Shown: positions 40,324 through 56,298 of the stretch, piece by piece
Layout of the letters: each line of letters opens with the position of its first letter
How positions within the stretch are numbered: position 1 is the stretch's first letter
Notes under the pieces: model-generated
What the model saw: the letters and a program-made list of their open reading frames with translations, nothing else
Database searches by the model: none
What the model was told of the DNA's origin: nothing
Assembly (NCBI GenBank): GCA_000004695.1
Contig: CM000150.2
Location: 736,001-800,000, forward strand
DNA: 64,000 nt
Direction: 5' to 3'
From: Dictyostelium discoideum
Taxonomy: Eukaryota
Position numbers and translations under genes: made by a program

Positions 40324-42240
40324 TTATTTAGAAATTTGAGTTGTTTGCATTGTACCATGAAGATGTTCTACAAATTTATGTAAATCTGTTTTTGAAACTT
40401 CAACAATTGATGTATCAAATGATTGATATTTAAATGTTGCATCTGTATATTCAGCTGATTTTCTAAAATATTCACCAAATGTACTATTATTATAATAAAA
40501 TGTAAAAAGGTTATTATTATTTATTATTATTTATTAATTTAATATTTTATTATTTACTTACTTTGATTGAATATCAGTACTATGTGAACCAGAAATACCA
40601 ACAATTAAATAAGAATTTTTATTTTCATTTAAAGCACCAATTAAGAAAGGTCTTTTAGCTTTACCCATTGAAATGAAAGCATCCATCATGAATAAACCTA
40701 ATTTAGTTAGTGCCAATGGATGAATGAAATATTTTAAATCTGAAGATTCTGTGATGAATGCATATCTGAATGGACCAGACAAGATAACACTACGTTTTTC
40801 AATCATTGAAGTTACTTGACGAGTGATTTCCTTTTGTAATTGAATCGATTGTTTTAAACCAATCTTTAATAGATCAATATTTTTATTTGAGATTGAGTCA
40901 TAAGCTTCCCAAAAATTTTGTTCCCAAATGTCTTGATCCGATTGATCCGATTCTAAATTATCAGACTCCATTAACGCGGTCACTGCATAAACTGTATCTG
41001 ACGCTGATATTTCTGAATTGTTTGAATACTTTTTAAGAAAACTATTGAAATATAAATTCACCAAACCAAACTTTGGGCCGTTGATAGCGAGTAGTTGTTT
41101 CAACTGTTTCTTGTAATGGACATTCATCGAGTTGTACTTTTGCTTCACCTGGTCCAACGGTATGCCCATCATTGCGAATAACGACTCGAGCTGGAACCTG
41201 CCTTTGGCTTTCCAGACCCTGAGTTTGCATGCAACATAACGCGAGTTGAATAATGATTCGTAAAGATTCCAATGTCTGTAAAGCATGAATCTGAAATCGT
41301 CACTTGGTATAATCTTATCGCCATGCAAGAACATTGACGATGGATGTCTCTTTAAATCCCCATTTTCGTCATAATCATCCTCGTCATTACCTGGCCTATA
41401 TCTTTCTTCTTGGTCATCATCGCCATCGGTTGGATAATTATTTAAAATTAATTCTTTAAAATTTTTATATTGTTGTTCATAAGAGTCTAATGTAATCTTT
41501 TCATGAATGAATTGATCTGTTAAACCCAATACTGCATACCATAATAGATCATCTAAATTTTGTTTATTTAAAAATGTACTTAATGAATACATTGAAACTG
41601 CTGCACTCTTTCCATAATAAGTTTTTTCAAGTTTTTCACTCTTTTTCTTCTTTTTCTTTCTATGTTTTCTTTTACTTTTTTTATCTTTTTTATTCTTTTT
41701 TTTACTCTTTCTTTCATTTTCATCAATATTTTCACTACCACCATCATCTTCATCATTTTCTGGATTATCTTCATTTTCTGGATCAAACTCAGCTTCTTCT
41801 GCTTCTTCTGCTTCTTCTGCTTCTTCAGCTTCTTCTGCTTCATCTTCAACAACATCTTCTTCAGCTTCTTCTTCCTCTAATTCCTCTTCCTCTTCTTCAC
41901 TATCATCAGATAATTGTTGTAATTCATCTTGTTCAATATAAGTACCATCATCAATGATGAGTACAGATGATTCATTGGTAATATTATTGATAGAGTATGG
42001 TCTATGACTATCAATGATATATGCAACTTGTTGATCATTTAAATTTGTAAATACATTTGTTATATCAATATTACCACCACAATTGATCATTATAATAGAT
42101 TTAATCTCTTCATTCTCTAAAAGTGTTGAATTTACATTCTCTAAATCTTCATATCCTGATACTGCTTTAATATTATATGCTATTAAATCTGATTTTAAAA
42201 TTTCCTATTAGAATTTAATTTTATTAGGCAGAGAGAGGAG

Positions 42241-42274
<34 letters not shown>

Positions 42275-42499
42275 ATTTTAGTAAAAAACGCTTCCTCCAT
42301 TTATTTATATATATAAAAAAAAGTAAAAAAGGAAATTAAAAAGATGATAAATTATTTAGATACATACTGTTAATATTTTACAGGCTGCTATTGAATCACA
42401 ATCTCTTGCAACTAAAATTAAAACTGATTCACCTTGCACTGAATCACCTTTAATAATATCATAAATTTCTGAAAATTTGGTATCGGTAGTCAATACCAT
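40324..42499 (-). CDS. cdc45: CDC45 (DNA replication initiation factor); exons 42499-42368, 42204-40562, 40483-40324 (~644 aa)
   Basis: N-terminus MVLTTDTKFSEIYDIIKGDSVQGESVLILVARDCDSIAACKIL. DHH-like IDSHRPYSINNI. Acidic E/D-rich insertion. Conserved C-terminal region. Introns gtatgt...taatag and gtaagt...aatag have consistent phases. Confidence 0.75.
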
Positions 42500-42501
42500 T
42501 T

Positions 42502-42537
<36 letters not shown>

Positions 42538-42920
42538 TGTTATTTATTATTATTATAATTATTTATATACAATGAATTAATTTGAATACTCATTATTATT
42601 TTTTTTTAATTTTTTTTTTTGTAAAAAAAAAAAATGATATTTGCGAGGGAAATTTTTTTTTTTTTTTTTTATTTTTTTAAACTAAAGGCGCCTAACGTTT
42701 TTGAACGTTAAGCTTTTTTTGGAAATTTTTTTTATATTTGTTTTATCTAAAGACCAAACACAAATAAAATTTAATTTTTATTTTTTTTGATTTCCTGATT
42801 TGTTGATAAGAGTTTTTTTTTGATATAAACCCAATTTTGAAAAATAAAAATAATTATATTAAAAAAAAAAAAAAAAAAAAGCTTTTACTAAAATTTAAAT
42901 TTCAAACAAATAATCAGCCA

Positions 42921-43960
42921 TGCCTAAACAATTAAAATACTTGAAATTGAATTACTACTATAATGAACCAATTATTGAAAATCAATTCCCAATGGGTTTA
43001 CAAGGGTATTTATTGAATTTGGTAATTCATTCGATCAATAAATTGATAATAATTTACCAAATTCAATAAATACTATTAAATTCCCAATTGATTCTTATTT
43101 TAAAAAAAGAATAAATTCAAATAAAATCATTAACAAAGCTAAATTTATCAAAATCATATGATTCATCATTAATAGATGGTGTATTACCAAATTCTATTTT
43201 AAAATTAAAATTTTCAAATTATACAAATAAATCAATTCTACATACTAGATTAGAATTTAAAATATTTGAAAAGGATGGTAACATATCCCTAAATAATCAA
43301 TTATCAAAATTTATAAACAATTTATCAATAATACCACCATCTGTTACTAAATTATCAATATTCTATGGTTATGAACAAGTTATTCCCTATCAAATTAAAT
43401 ATATGCATTTAGAATTCTCAAGAAATAACCAATATGATCATTATTATAAACAATTATTATATAATAATGGTGATGGTGATAATAAAATTAAATCATTAAA
43501 TATTATTTCATTACTTGAAAATAAACCATTAGATATTTATTATGAAAATAATTTTAATTGTTTTAATGGTTTAATTAATTTAAATTTATCAAATTTTGAA
43601 TACAAGTCATTTAAAAAACCAATAAAACGATTTACTTCATTTGTAAATTTTAAAATGTTTAAGTCTTGGTGAATTTTAATCATCACTAAATCAGAATTCA
43701 TTACCAGAAACTTTAGAATTATTAGAACTTGGTAAAAATTTCAAACAACCAATTAATAAAAAATGGTTACCACCTTCAATTAAATATATTATAATTAATG
43801 ATATTAATACTCCAATTTCAATTGGAGATTTACCAAATTCATTAATTTCAATTTGGATTAGAGATAATCATTATCAATTAAAACATTTTAAATATTTTAC
43901 TCCATTACTTGGTAAACTTAAAATTGTTGATAGAATTAATATCTTTAATATAAAAGAATT
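42921..43960 (+). pseudogene. FNIP-repeat gene remnant (pseudogene) paralogous to the C-terminal half of the 59721-61355 gene; multiple frameshifts/stops
   Basis: Segments in different frames match 59721-61355: LPETLELLELGKNFKQPINKKWLPPSIKYIIINDINTPISIGDLPNSLISIWIRDNHYQLKHFKYFTPLLGKLKIVD vs LPQQLELLELGLEFKQPVHKKWLPISIKHIIILNDETPISINSLPPNSLESIWISNKHYQLNNNCFKFLLPLIGKLNIVE. In-frame stops appear after ~50 codons from the ATG. Confidence 0.6.
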
Positions 43961-44177
43961 TTAAGAAAAAAGTATGAAATTAATTATTAAATTAAATTTT
44001 AAATAAAAAAAAAAAAAAAAAAAAAAAAAATAAAATAAAAAAAATAAAAATGAAAATAAAATTTAAATTTAAATTTTCACATTTTCGCGCGTTTCGTTTT
44101 TTAATTTTTTTTTTTTTTTTTTTTTTTATTTTTTTTAACATTACAATTTGTTTTTAAAAAAAAATAATATTAAATTA

Positions 44178-44575
44178 ATGGAATATTTTATAGGATATGA
44201 AGAAACCTTTAAAGAAATTGAAAAATTTGGTAAAGAATATCCAAAAGAAAAATTATTAAAATTTATTAGAGAGTTTTCATTAAATTGGGTAAATCAAAGA
44301 GATATTTCAAATGAACAATTAAAAATATTAAAGAAATCTTTAAATGATCTCATTGAAAATGATAAAGAAAGAACATTATTAGAAAATAGAATAATTCAAA
44401 TGTGTCCAAACTATGTTATAGCTAATTTTAGTGTTGATGAATATCCTAAAATTTATTTAGAATTTATTAAAGATTATTTAACATGTAATGAAAGTTTAAA
44501 CCTTTTTGGTAAAGTTGGTAATATTTTAGTATTATTAAAAAAGAATTTAAAAAATTTTAATAAGGTCAGTATATA

Positions 44576-44629
<54 letters not shown>

Positions 44630-47237
44630 TATAAATAAATTTTTAATATTAATTTTTTTTTTTTTTTTTTTTTTTTCCTTTAAACAGAAATTATCAATTG
44701 AAATTATAAATTTATTATTTGAATTAAATCATAATTTAATAAATAAAGAAAAAGGAAAAGAAAAAGAAATTTCAGATGATAGTAATAGTAATAATAATAA
44801 TAATAATAATGAAGAAATTTTAATTGAAAATGAAATGGGAAATTCTAAATTATTAGATTCAATTAGTTTATTAAATTGTTTATTATTATTTAAAGAAATA
44901 ATTGGTAAAGAAGGATATCAAGGTGAAATTAAAGAGAATATTTTAACTTTATTTAATGGTTTATATGAATTAATTATACCAACTGATGATGAAGTTGAAA
45001 GATTTGGAATTTCAATACCATTTGAAAATTTAATATTTTTAATAACCTTATTTCAAGATTACCCAAATAGAGCAGTTTATTTGAATTTATTATTAAAATT
45101 TGTATATTTTTTTGAATGTATTCAAACCACACGATATTTTCAAATTAAATATCAAAATGAATTATTAGAAGCTATAAATTGTGAAAAAGTATTATTTGGT
45201 AAAAAAGAATCATTCCCATTGGTTCAATCATTAGTTGAACAATTATTAAAACATTGTAAATTTGATGTTTTTAAATTACAAGGTTTTTTAATATCAATTA
45301 ATAGAAATAGTTATAATGAATATTTTAAATATATTTTCTCAATAGTTGAATTTGATTTAATTTTACCAATAATTCAATCATCATTTCCAACTATAAATGG
45401 AAAACAAATTATAAAAGAAATTTTAGAAAATAAAAATTTTGAATTTCAACTTTCAAATAATAATAATTCAAATAATAATAATAATAATAATTTAAATAAT
45501 AATAATTCAAATAATAATAATAATAATACAGATAATAATAATAATAATATTTTCACTAATATTATTGGTATTGATGAAGGTGAAATTCATAATATTGGTA
45601 TTGGTGTTAGTGGTGTTGGTAATAGTGATTTTATTAAATTAGTTGATAGATTTGATAAATCGTTAGAATCATTCTTTAGAATTGAAAATTATTATAAAGG
45701 TGCAAATAGTAAAGTTGAGAAAAAGTTTTTAAAGAAAACTTATGAAGAAATTTTCAAACAATTAAATGAAACTAAATCAATCAATTCATCAAGTTATTTA
45801 GAGTCTTTATTTTTTAAATTGGATCAATTTCCAATTAAATTTAAATTTATAAAAAAAAGATTAAATTTTATTTTATCACAATTGGATTTATATTCAATTA
45901 ATAATATTTTAAATAATAATAATAATGTATTAAAAAATGAAATTTTAGAAAATTCAATTTATATTGAAAAAGTTAGATTGGAGAATGAAAGAAAAGAGAA
46001 ATTACCAAGTTTTGAAATTGAGTCATTGGATATGATGCCAGTTGAAATTATTGAATACATAGTAAAGTTTTTAATTGATAGTCCAGAAATGGATCAGTGT
46101 AGGAAATTTCAATTATCTTTACTTTCGAAAGATTTCTTTAGAATGGTGCAATCGATAATGAATAGGTCAATTGATAATCCGATTGAGTTGAAGTTTAATC
46201 ATTTCTTTCATCACGGTACAAATGGTGATGATGATGAATTTAATTTATTACAAAAGAAACAAGTCTCATATTTAAAGTATTGGTCTAGACCGCATTATAT
46301 TGAAACCGATGATTTCGATAGTTTTCTATACAGGTTGAATGTGGTTGACAGTTTTAGAGATTGGGGTCACATCATTAGTTATACCAATCAATTGAAATTG
46401 GTTGCGTTCGATTTCCAAGGTGAATTAGACCACATCTATTTAGATTATTTAAAAAGTAATAAAACTATTCAAAAATTAATCATTAGAACTACTTCAACAA
46501 ATGCAAATCAATTATCTCAACAAATTATTGAAATGGTGAATGAGAAACAACAAGTTGACATTCATTTACATATTGATGTAAAAGAGGAAGAACCAAATAT
46601 AAACTATAGAATTAACTTTGATTTAATTCAAGGTTGTACTGTTGGTATTGGTCAATTCTTTGATGAAGATTTCTATAAGAATTGTTTACCAAAAATAAAA
46701 GAACTCACTATACTAATTGAACAATGGGATCCACATAATAGTTCTTCCTTTGAAACTGTACCAATTATTGATACATTTTTAAAGAATATTAAATCAACAA
46801 CAACAACGCCAACACCATCCCCAACATCATTTTCACTAAATCTTTCAAATTTAACAAATCTAACATTTCAATTCAATACATTTGATTCAGGTTTTGATTA
46901 TTTTGATAAATTAATTAAATTATTTATTGGAAATGCTTCAAATTTAAAAACTATAACTTTTGAAAATCCTGGAGGTGGCGATAGATGTAGTAAACCTAAA
47001 AAAGTTATTGCAAATATTTTAAAATCTGTATCTTTTCAAGCTCAACACTTTCCTTCTTTATCTTTCATTAAAATATTTAAATCTTCAAACATTACAATGT
47101 TTGAAGATTTAAATGATGAAAAGGATTGGTATAAAATTAATACTTTTAAATTTTTACCAGAACCAAATTTTATTATTTTTAATTTAATTAAAAATAATAA
47201 TAATAATAATAGTAAAAGAAAATTTGAAGAGATATAA
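44178..47237 (+). CDS. Hypothetical protein (~978 aa) with an F-box-like motif; exons 44178-44564 and 44688-47237 (intron contains an (AT)24 microsatellite)
   Basis: Real ATG at 44178 (the listed ORF begins at a TTG). Donor aag|gtcagt, acceptor aaacag|, phase 0. F-box-like LPSFEIESLDMMPVEIIEYIVKFLIDSPEMDQCRKFQLSLLSKDFFRMV. Poly-N tracts. Confidence 0.4.
44577..44630. repeat. (AT)n dinucleotide microsatellite (~24 units) in intron 1 of the 44178-47237 gene
   Basis: atatat... run directly visible. Confidence 0.9.
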
Positions 47238-47551
47238 AAATAAATTTTATTTTTTTAAAAAAAAAAACAAAATAAAATAAATAAATAAAAAAAAAATAAT
47301 CTTCATATAATCTAAATTCGATCGGAGTTTGATTTCAAAGAAATTTTTTCCAGATTTTTAGATTTTTTTTATTTTTAATTTTTTTTTTTTTTTATTTTTA
47401 ATTTTATTTTTGATTGGAACATTGTTCGAAATAAAAAAATCTATTTTTATTTTTTTTTTTTTTTTATTTTTTTTCAAAAAAATTTCAAAGCCTTGAAATC
47501 GATTTCTATTGGTTTTATTGTAATATTAATATTTTATTACATTATTCCATC

Positions 47552-48006
47552 ATGGAAGAAAGTAGTTATGATAATTTTAATATTAATAAATTTAATATTA
47601 ATTTAAATAAAGTTGGTGATGATGATGATAATAATAATAATAACAATATCGTAAATAATAATAATATTATTTATCCCATAAATGATATAAATAATGAAAA
47701 TAAAGGAAATACTAAAACTGGTGGGTTTTTAGAAAATATTAAAATTACAGATCAAGATAATTCATTAGGTGAAGAGAATTATGATTTGGAAATAAATTAT
47801 GAAGTCGTTTTGGTATTTGATAAATCTAAAAAAGTAGTAAGCGACGATCCAAAGTTAACTTGGGATATTATTATAAAAAAAACAATGAAAATATTAAAAG
47901 AATTAAATCTGTATTCAGTTTTAAAAGTTGGTACACTTGATGAAAATCATATTTTTATAATTGTTGGTACAACTGATGAATTGTTTGTATTTTATTTATT
48001 TTTTGG

Positions 48007-48045
<39 letters not shown>

Positions 48046-50233
48046 TTTATTAAAATTAAATAAAATTTATAGGTTAAGACATTATTGTATTGATAATTAT
48101 ATTCAAATTCAAAAGAAAATTGTAACGGAAACAACAAGAATTTCAGAATCAATGCGTTTACATTTAGTTGAAACAATTTTAATTAATTCAAATGATTTAA
48201 AGTATATATATGATGATGATTTTGTTATTGATAAATATCCATATGCAAATAAAAATTTTGAAACACTTAAAAGAGAATGTCAAAAGAAATGGTTTTTTCA
48301 ATCATTAGATATCAACGTTATTAAAGATTATTTTGGTGAGGAAGTTACATTTTATTTTTTATTTTTAAGTATGTAGATTTTAAAAAAAAAAACTAATATT
48401 AGTTTATTTGTTGTTGAAATTATTAATATTATTAAAAAAAAAAAAAAAAAAAAAGGATTTTATAATGTTGGTTTAGGTATTGTTAGTTTATTTGGTTTAG
48501 CAGTTGCAATTGTATCATATACAAGAGATTCATATAAATTTGCAAGTTCATCATTTTCAATAGCATTGGCAGTTTTATCAACATTATTTTTTGAAATTTG
48601 GAAACGTTATGGATCAATTTATTCATGGAAATGGGATCAAGAAGATTACATTGATGATGAGGAACAATTACCATCATTTAAACCAGGTAATTTCTCTGAA
48701 GGTGTTTATCATAAAGGAATCTTTTTAAAATCAAAACATTTTGGTAAAAAAGTTAAATACGTTCAAAAGAATATTACAACTAGACCTTATTTAACAAGTT
48801 ATCAACAAAAAATGAAACTTCTTAAAACCATTGGTACCTTTTCAGTGGTTGTAACATTAGTTTTAATTGTACCAATTTTTACAATTTCAATTTTCACCCT
48901 TAGAATAGCCTTAGAATCAATTGAAAATAAAACAGTTGAAAGTGGTATTGGTTCAGTAATAAATGCATTGTTCATTCTATTCTTCAATTTTATTTATAAA
49001 AATATTGCATATTTTTTAACTAAATTTGAATCTCATAGAGTCGCTTCTTCATTTAATGCAAGTTATTCAACCAAACTTTTCCTATTCCAATTTGTAAACA
49101 GTTTTTCAGGTTTATTTTATATTGCATTCCTTAAAAATAATGTTTATTTATGGGGTGATATTGATTTAGAAGATACATGTAGTACTCCAAATAAAATTGA
49201 TGGTTTATGGAAAGGTTGTACAGAAGATTTACAATTTCAATTATTTTCAATTTTAGCTGTTAACTTTATTGCTTCAATTTTCTCTGAATTATTAGGACCG
49301 TATGTAATCATTATTATTTTTAATTTTAAATTAACTATTAATTAATTAACCATATCTTATTATTATTATTATTATAATTATTATTAGTTGGATTCAATAT
49401 TATATTAAAATTATAAGACAAAAACCAACAGGATTTAGAGAGAAAATTGAACCATTTGAACAACAATTTTATAGAGATACATTTGATACATTTCAAGAGT
49501 TTAATCAAATTATTATTCAATTTTCATATATATCAATGTTTAGTGCTGCATCACCAATTTCACCAATAATTTCATTCTTTCATAATATATTTGAAGAAAG
49601 AGTTGATAGTTATAAATTAATTAATTCATTAAGAAGAGTAATATCTATATCTATAATTTTATTAAAATAATAATAATAATAATAATTTTATTAATTTAAT
49701 TTTTTATTTTTATTTTTATTTTTATTTAGCCAAATTATAATGGTTCAAATGGATTAGGTAGTTGGTTTTTTATTATTGTTTTAGTTGGAATGTTTTCAGT
49801 ATTAACAAATGTTTTATTAATTGGATTTTCATTCCCAACTTTATTATATTTTACAGATTCTCCATATAATGTATTATGGATTGTATTTATTTTAGAACAT
49901 TTAGTAATTTTAACAAAGGTAGTTTTAGCAAAAGCAATTCCAGATGAAACTAAAAAATTAAAGAAAAAGAAAGCATCATTAGATTTAATCACAAAATCAA
50001 TTATGGAAAATGATAGAGAACTTTCAAAATTATTAATTGAAAAAATTAAATCCAATGAAATTCCATTAACAAATGATATCAATCCAGATAGTAATCAAAA
50101 TAATATTATACCAACTCCATTCACTTCAAAAACTAGACAACGTGCATTATCAATCTCTTCAAAAATTTCAAAAACAATGCATTCTGTAATTAATATAAAA
50201 CATGATGTTGATTATGAAGATGAAAATAAATAA
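47552..50233 (+). CDS. Anoctamin/TMEM16-family (Ca-activated channel/scramblase) homolog; exons approx. 47552-47966(?), 48045-48368, 48456-49299, 49388-49637, 49730-50233
   Basis: Hallmark motif ESHRVASSFNASYSTKLFLFQFVNSFSGLFYIAFLKNN, plus KDYFGEEVTFYF before TM1 and multiple TM helices. Introns gtatgt...aaaaag, gtatgt...ttattag, gtaata...tttatttag all have consistent phases. The first intron (around the A35 run 48010-48044) is uncertain. Confidence 0.75.
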
Positions 50234-50321
50234 ATAAAATTTCACTAAACATTTAAATGTTAGGTGGTTGATATTATAGTAACAATTAATATATAACATA
50301 ATTAAATTATAATACATATTT

Positions 50322-52000
<1,679 letters not shown>

Positions 52001-52306
52001 ATTTTATCTTTTTTTATTACTATTATTATTATTATTATTATTTTGAAATGCGATATAGGATAGTTTATCTCAGTTTGAAATTAAATAAAAAAATTAAAAA
52101 AAAAAAAAAATAAATGAAAAAAAAAAAATAAAAAAAAAAAAATAAAAATAAAAAAGAAATTAAAATTAATTTTTTTTGGGAAATTTGGATGGGTGTTTAT
52201 TGTTTATTATAATAATAAAAATCCAATCGTTTTGGTATTGAAAAACACAAAATTGGTGTTTGGTTGATTTTATTTTTATTTTTTTATTTTTATTTTAATT
52301 TAGATA

Positions 52307-52933
52307 TTACATTTTAAAAATTCTATAACCAACAATATCTTGATATGTATAATATGATTTTGTAAAACCAGGATCATTAACATACACATAATCAGATTCA
52401 GTTGTATCATAACCAGTTGCTAAAACGAAATGTGAACCTTGATTTACATTAATTATTAAAATTAAATCTTTTTTATTTAACATTGAAATGATATCATCCA
52501 TTGTATATTGTGAAGATGGAAATGAACCAACATAATTAATTTTATTTGAAACATTTTCTAATGATGATTCAACTAATAAATTATCACCTTCATAACCACT
52601 ATTACTCTTTAACCATGTATTCAATGAACCTGGATTTGAAATTCCATCATCAATTGTAATACCTTTACCTCCAATTGCCATCGAACATGAAGACATTAAA
52701 CAACCAACATCACAAATTGTTTCTGTAATAATTAAATCATTACCCCAACGTGAATCACACTTTTAAAATAAATAAATAAATAAATAAATACAATACACTA
52801 AATTTGTTTTTTTTTTTTATTTTTCAAAAAAATAACCTACTTGTTTATAAAGTGGATATGAAAATGGAATAACTGGTTTTGATGATACATTTCCAATTAT
52901 AAGGATAATAGCTAAAAATAAAAATAATTTCAT
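52307..52933 (-). CDS. Small secreted Cys-rich protein with papain-like / peptidase C39-like (BtrH_N-type) features; exons 52933-52841 and 52759-52307 (~181 aa)
   Basis: Exon 1 is a signal peptide MKLFLFLAIILIIGNVSSKPVIPFSYPLYKQ|gtaggt. Exon 2 CDSRWGNDLIITETICDVGCLMSSCSMAIGG... with a His-containing NVNQGSHFVLATGYD, suggesting a Cys/His dyad arrangement. Confidence 0.4.
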
Positions 52934-53208
52934 TTTTTTTTTTTTTAATTAATATTAATTTTTTATATTTTTAAATTAAAAATAAAAACCTTTCCAAATT
53001 TTGAAAAAAAAAAAATAAAAAAAATAAAATAAAATATTTTTTATTAAAAATATCTAAAATGAATCTTTGGAATTTTTAAAAATACCTCAAAGATCCTGGT
53101 AAATAAAAAAATAAAATAATATCTTGTTCATTTTTTTTTTTTTAACAAGCGACCTTTGGTAATGTAATTTTTTTTTTTTTTTTTTATTTATCTTTTTTTT
53201 TTTTATTT

Positions 53209-53976
53209 TTAACACAAAGAATTTGCTTTTAATGAAAATTTATCAAAGGTTGTGTTTGGAAGATTTAATTTTGAAAGTTCAAGTTTTACCCATTTTTTTG
53301 ATTTTTGAATTGCAAATTCATATTCAATTTTTTCATTTGGGAAAAGTTTTATTATTTTTGAAATTACTATTAAGGTAACCCAAATATTATATAATTGATC
53401 TGATGATAATTCCACAGGTGCATTACCAATTGAAATTCCCATTTGAGAAATGGTTGACTTTGTCCATGATCCATTTGCTCTTTGAATTCTTAACAAATCA
53501 ATTAAATCAAATGATGATGATGATTTTGTCTTGGATGATGTTGTTTTTGTAGTTTCTTCTTTGGTTTCACTTTTCTTTGATTTTTTAACAGACTGTCTTG
53601 AAATATCTTCATCTACATCGGAAAATCTTTTTTTTGTAATTGTTGTTGTTGTTGTTGTTGTTGGTGCTGCGGTTTTACTTTTCTTAGATTTGGTTAACAG
53701 ACATTGTGATTTATTTTTAGTTGCACTAACTTGATTTTCAAAACTAAACTGATCAATTATGTCAATGAAATCCATAGATTCTAAAGTTGGTTTAGTTGAT
53801 TCACACTTAACAATGAATGAGGTATGTTTTGAAAGTATTCCATACTTTTTACTCAATTCAACAATTCTAGTTTTATTATCTTTTTTTTTCTTTCTTTCTT
53901 TCTCTTCTAAATCTTTAATTTGATGATATGCTGATAATCTATGAATTTGATTTTGATTTGTTGTTGCTGTTGTTGT

Positions 53977-54067
<91 letters not shown>

Positions 54068-55845
54068 ATTATACAATTATTTTTTAAATCCAATTCAATT
54101 GGAATTGATAATTTATCACCTTTTGGACCATCACAAGTCATTGTAATAATTAATGGTTTTGAATTTTCAATTGAATCATTAATGATATCTTTTAATCTTG
54201 TTGATAATGACTCAATCATTAAATAAACGATCATTCTTTCTTGATAAAATAATGGTCTAATTTGTGAAGGTGATTGAATTATAATATCCTCCTTACAATT
54301 ATTATTATTTTTATTTTTATTTTTATTATTTGAAAATAATGTTGATAAATCTAATTTAATATTTGAAAACATTGGTTTTAATGAAATATTTAATAATTTC
54401 ATAACTTGTTTTTCAAAATTATCATTATCTGTAATGAATTCATAATGACCTTTACATGCATTTGATAAACCAATTATTAAATCAATATCTACACTATCAC
54501 CAATACCATAGGTGAATATACGAGTTGTATTTGACTCTTTTGAGAGGTAATGAATGATTTTATCTCTATGAGGTGCTTCACCATCAGTTAGAATGAAAAG
54601 TTGTCTTGGATATTCTGGATTTGGTGGTGATGATAAAATATTTTTAATTGGTGTTAGTAATTCAGTTCCACCTAAATTCGCTTCAATCGATTGAATGTAT
54701 TTACTAAGACATTCTAATGTTTCATCATTGTAATCTCTTGATACTTTAAATACTTTTTTAAAAGATGATCCGAAACAAACCACATTCACCCTATGTTGAT
54801 TCTCATTTAAACTTCTAATTATTATTTCCATTGCACGTTTTACTTTCCTCATTGGCTCGCCAACCATTGAACCTGAGCAATCAATTAAAAATATAAATTC
54901 ACTCTTTTGATTCATATCTTCAATTTTAATATCTTTAAAACTTGAATAATAATTTATCGAAACTGCTAATGAATTTTCAATTTTATTATATTCAATCATT
55001 GATTTTGGTTCGTCGTTAATAATACTTGGTTGAATAATTAAAACTAAAGAATCCTCAATACTATTTAATTTATCATTAGATTTTATTTTAATCTCTTTAT
55101 TATTACTATTATTATATAATACTTTAATAACATCATCATCACCATCATCACTACCACAACCAGTATTGCTACTATTAATATTTAAAATTCTTTTAGAATT
55201 ACCATACCAATTTATAATTGATTCAATTGAATTTGATAATTTTATTATAATATTTAGATTAAAATTAAAGTTATAGGTTGGGAAAAGACTATGATGAAGG
55301 TAATAGTGTAGTTGTCCATTGATGTGAGTACCAATTTCTGATGTGATAGTTAATGTAATTTTAACAGTTTCATTGGGTGGTAGATTACCGATATTAAGGT
55401 TAAAGAAATCGAGATCTTCTATTGACGATTTACTTGCTAAAAATGATTGACCACCATTTGCAATTGTGTCATTATAATTGTTTAATGCTTTTTCATGTTC
55501 TTTAATTTTACCAATTAATACTACAACTTTATCTTGAGATTCAACTCTAAAATCTGTAATAATCCATGTTGGATGCAATGGTATTTTATATCTTGCTTCA
55601 ATTGGTGTTTTTGAATCATTTGAATAAATTTGAGTCCATTTCGATGTTGAACTACAATCATTAATTTCTGTATCGATTGAAAATTTGGTTAATTTAAATA
55701 CTTTTGATTTCTTTTTATTATTTTCAGTAAGAAATAAACCTCTAGATTTCTTTTTTAAATTATTTTCTAATAGTCTATAATAGTTATAATAGTTGGCTTC
55801 TTTATATGAATGATTATTATTATTATCGTTATTATCGCTTGACAT
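53209..55845 (-). CDS. VIT (vault/inter-alpha-trypsin) domain + von Willebrand factor A domain protein, 878 aa, with (Ser)~36 and Thr-rich linkers
   Basis: N-terminal VIT-like region (IEARYKIPLHPTWIITDFRVESQDKVVVLIGKIKEHEKA). vWA MIDAS FLIDCSGSMVGEP...TDGE. Poly-S encoded by (TGA)n on the + strand at 53975-54068. Confidence 0.7.
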
Positions 55846-56298
55846 TTGTATCTAAAAACTAGTAATAAAAAAAAATATAAAATAAGTTCCCAATTTTTAT
55901 AGGAAAAAAAAAAATTAAAAAAAATCTTTTGGTTTTGAGAAAAACTCGAGTATTTATCGTATAAATTTGAGTTCCCGAGTGTTGAGGTCACACAATATTT
56001 TTTTTTTTTTGAAGTTCATAATAAATTTCATTAATCGGTAATAATTATTATTTTTTTTTTTTTATTTATTTATTTATTTATTTATTTGTTTGTTTGTTTG
56101 TTTGTTTGTTTATTTATTGTTTATTTATTTGTTTATTTATTAACAATATTTTATTTTTTAAAATTCATAGCAAGCGGGTTCAATATTCATTTTTTTTTTT
56201 TATTTTTTTTAATTTTTTTTTTTTTTTTCCATTTTTTAATTTTTTTTTTTTTTTTTAATTTTTTTTTTTTTTTAATTTTTTTTTTTTTAATTAAAAAA

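Noticed and set aside
41574-41957. Plus-strand ORFs (poly-L/H/F) across 41574-41957
   Set aside because: Antisense of the acidic/basic low-complexity region of CDC45.
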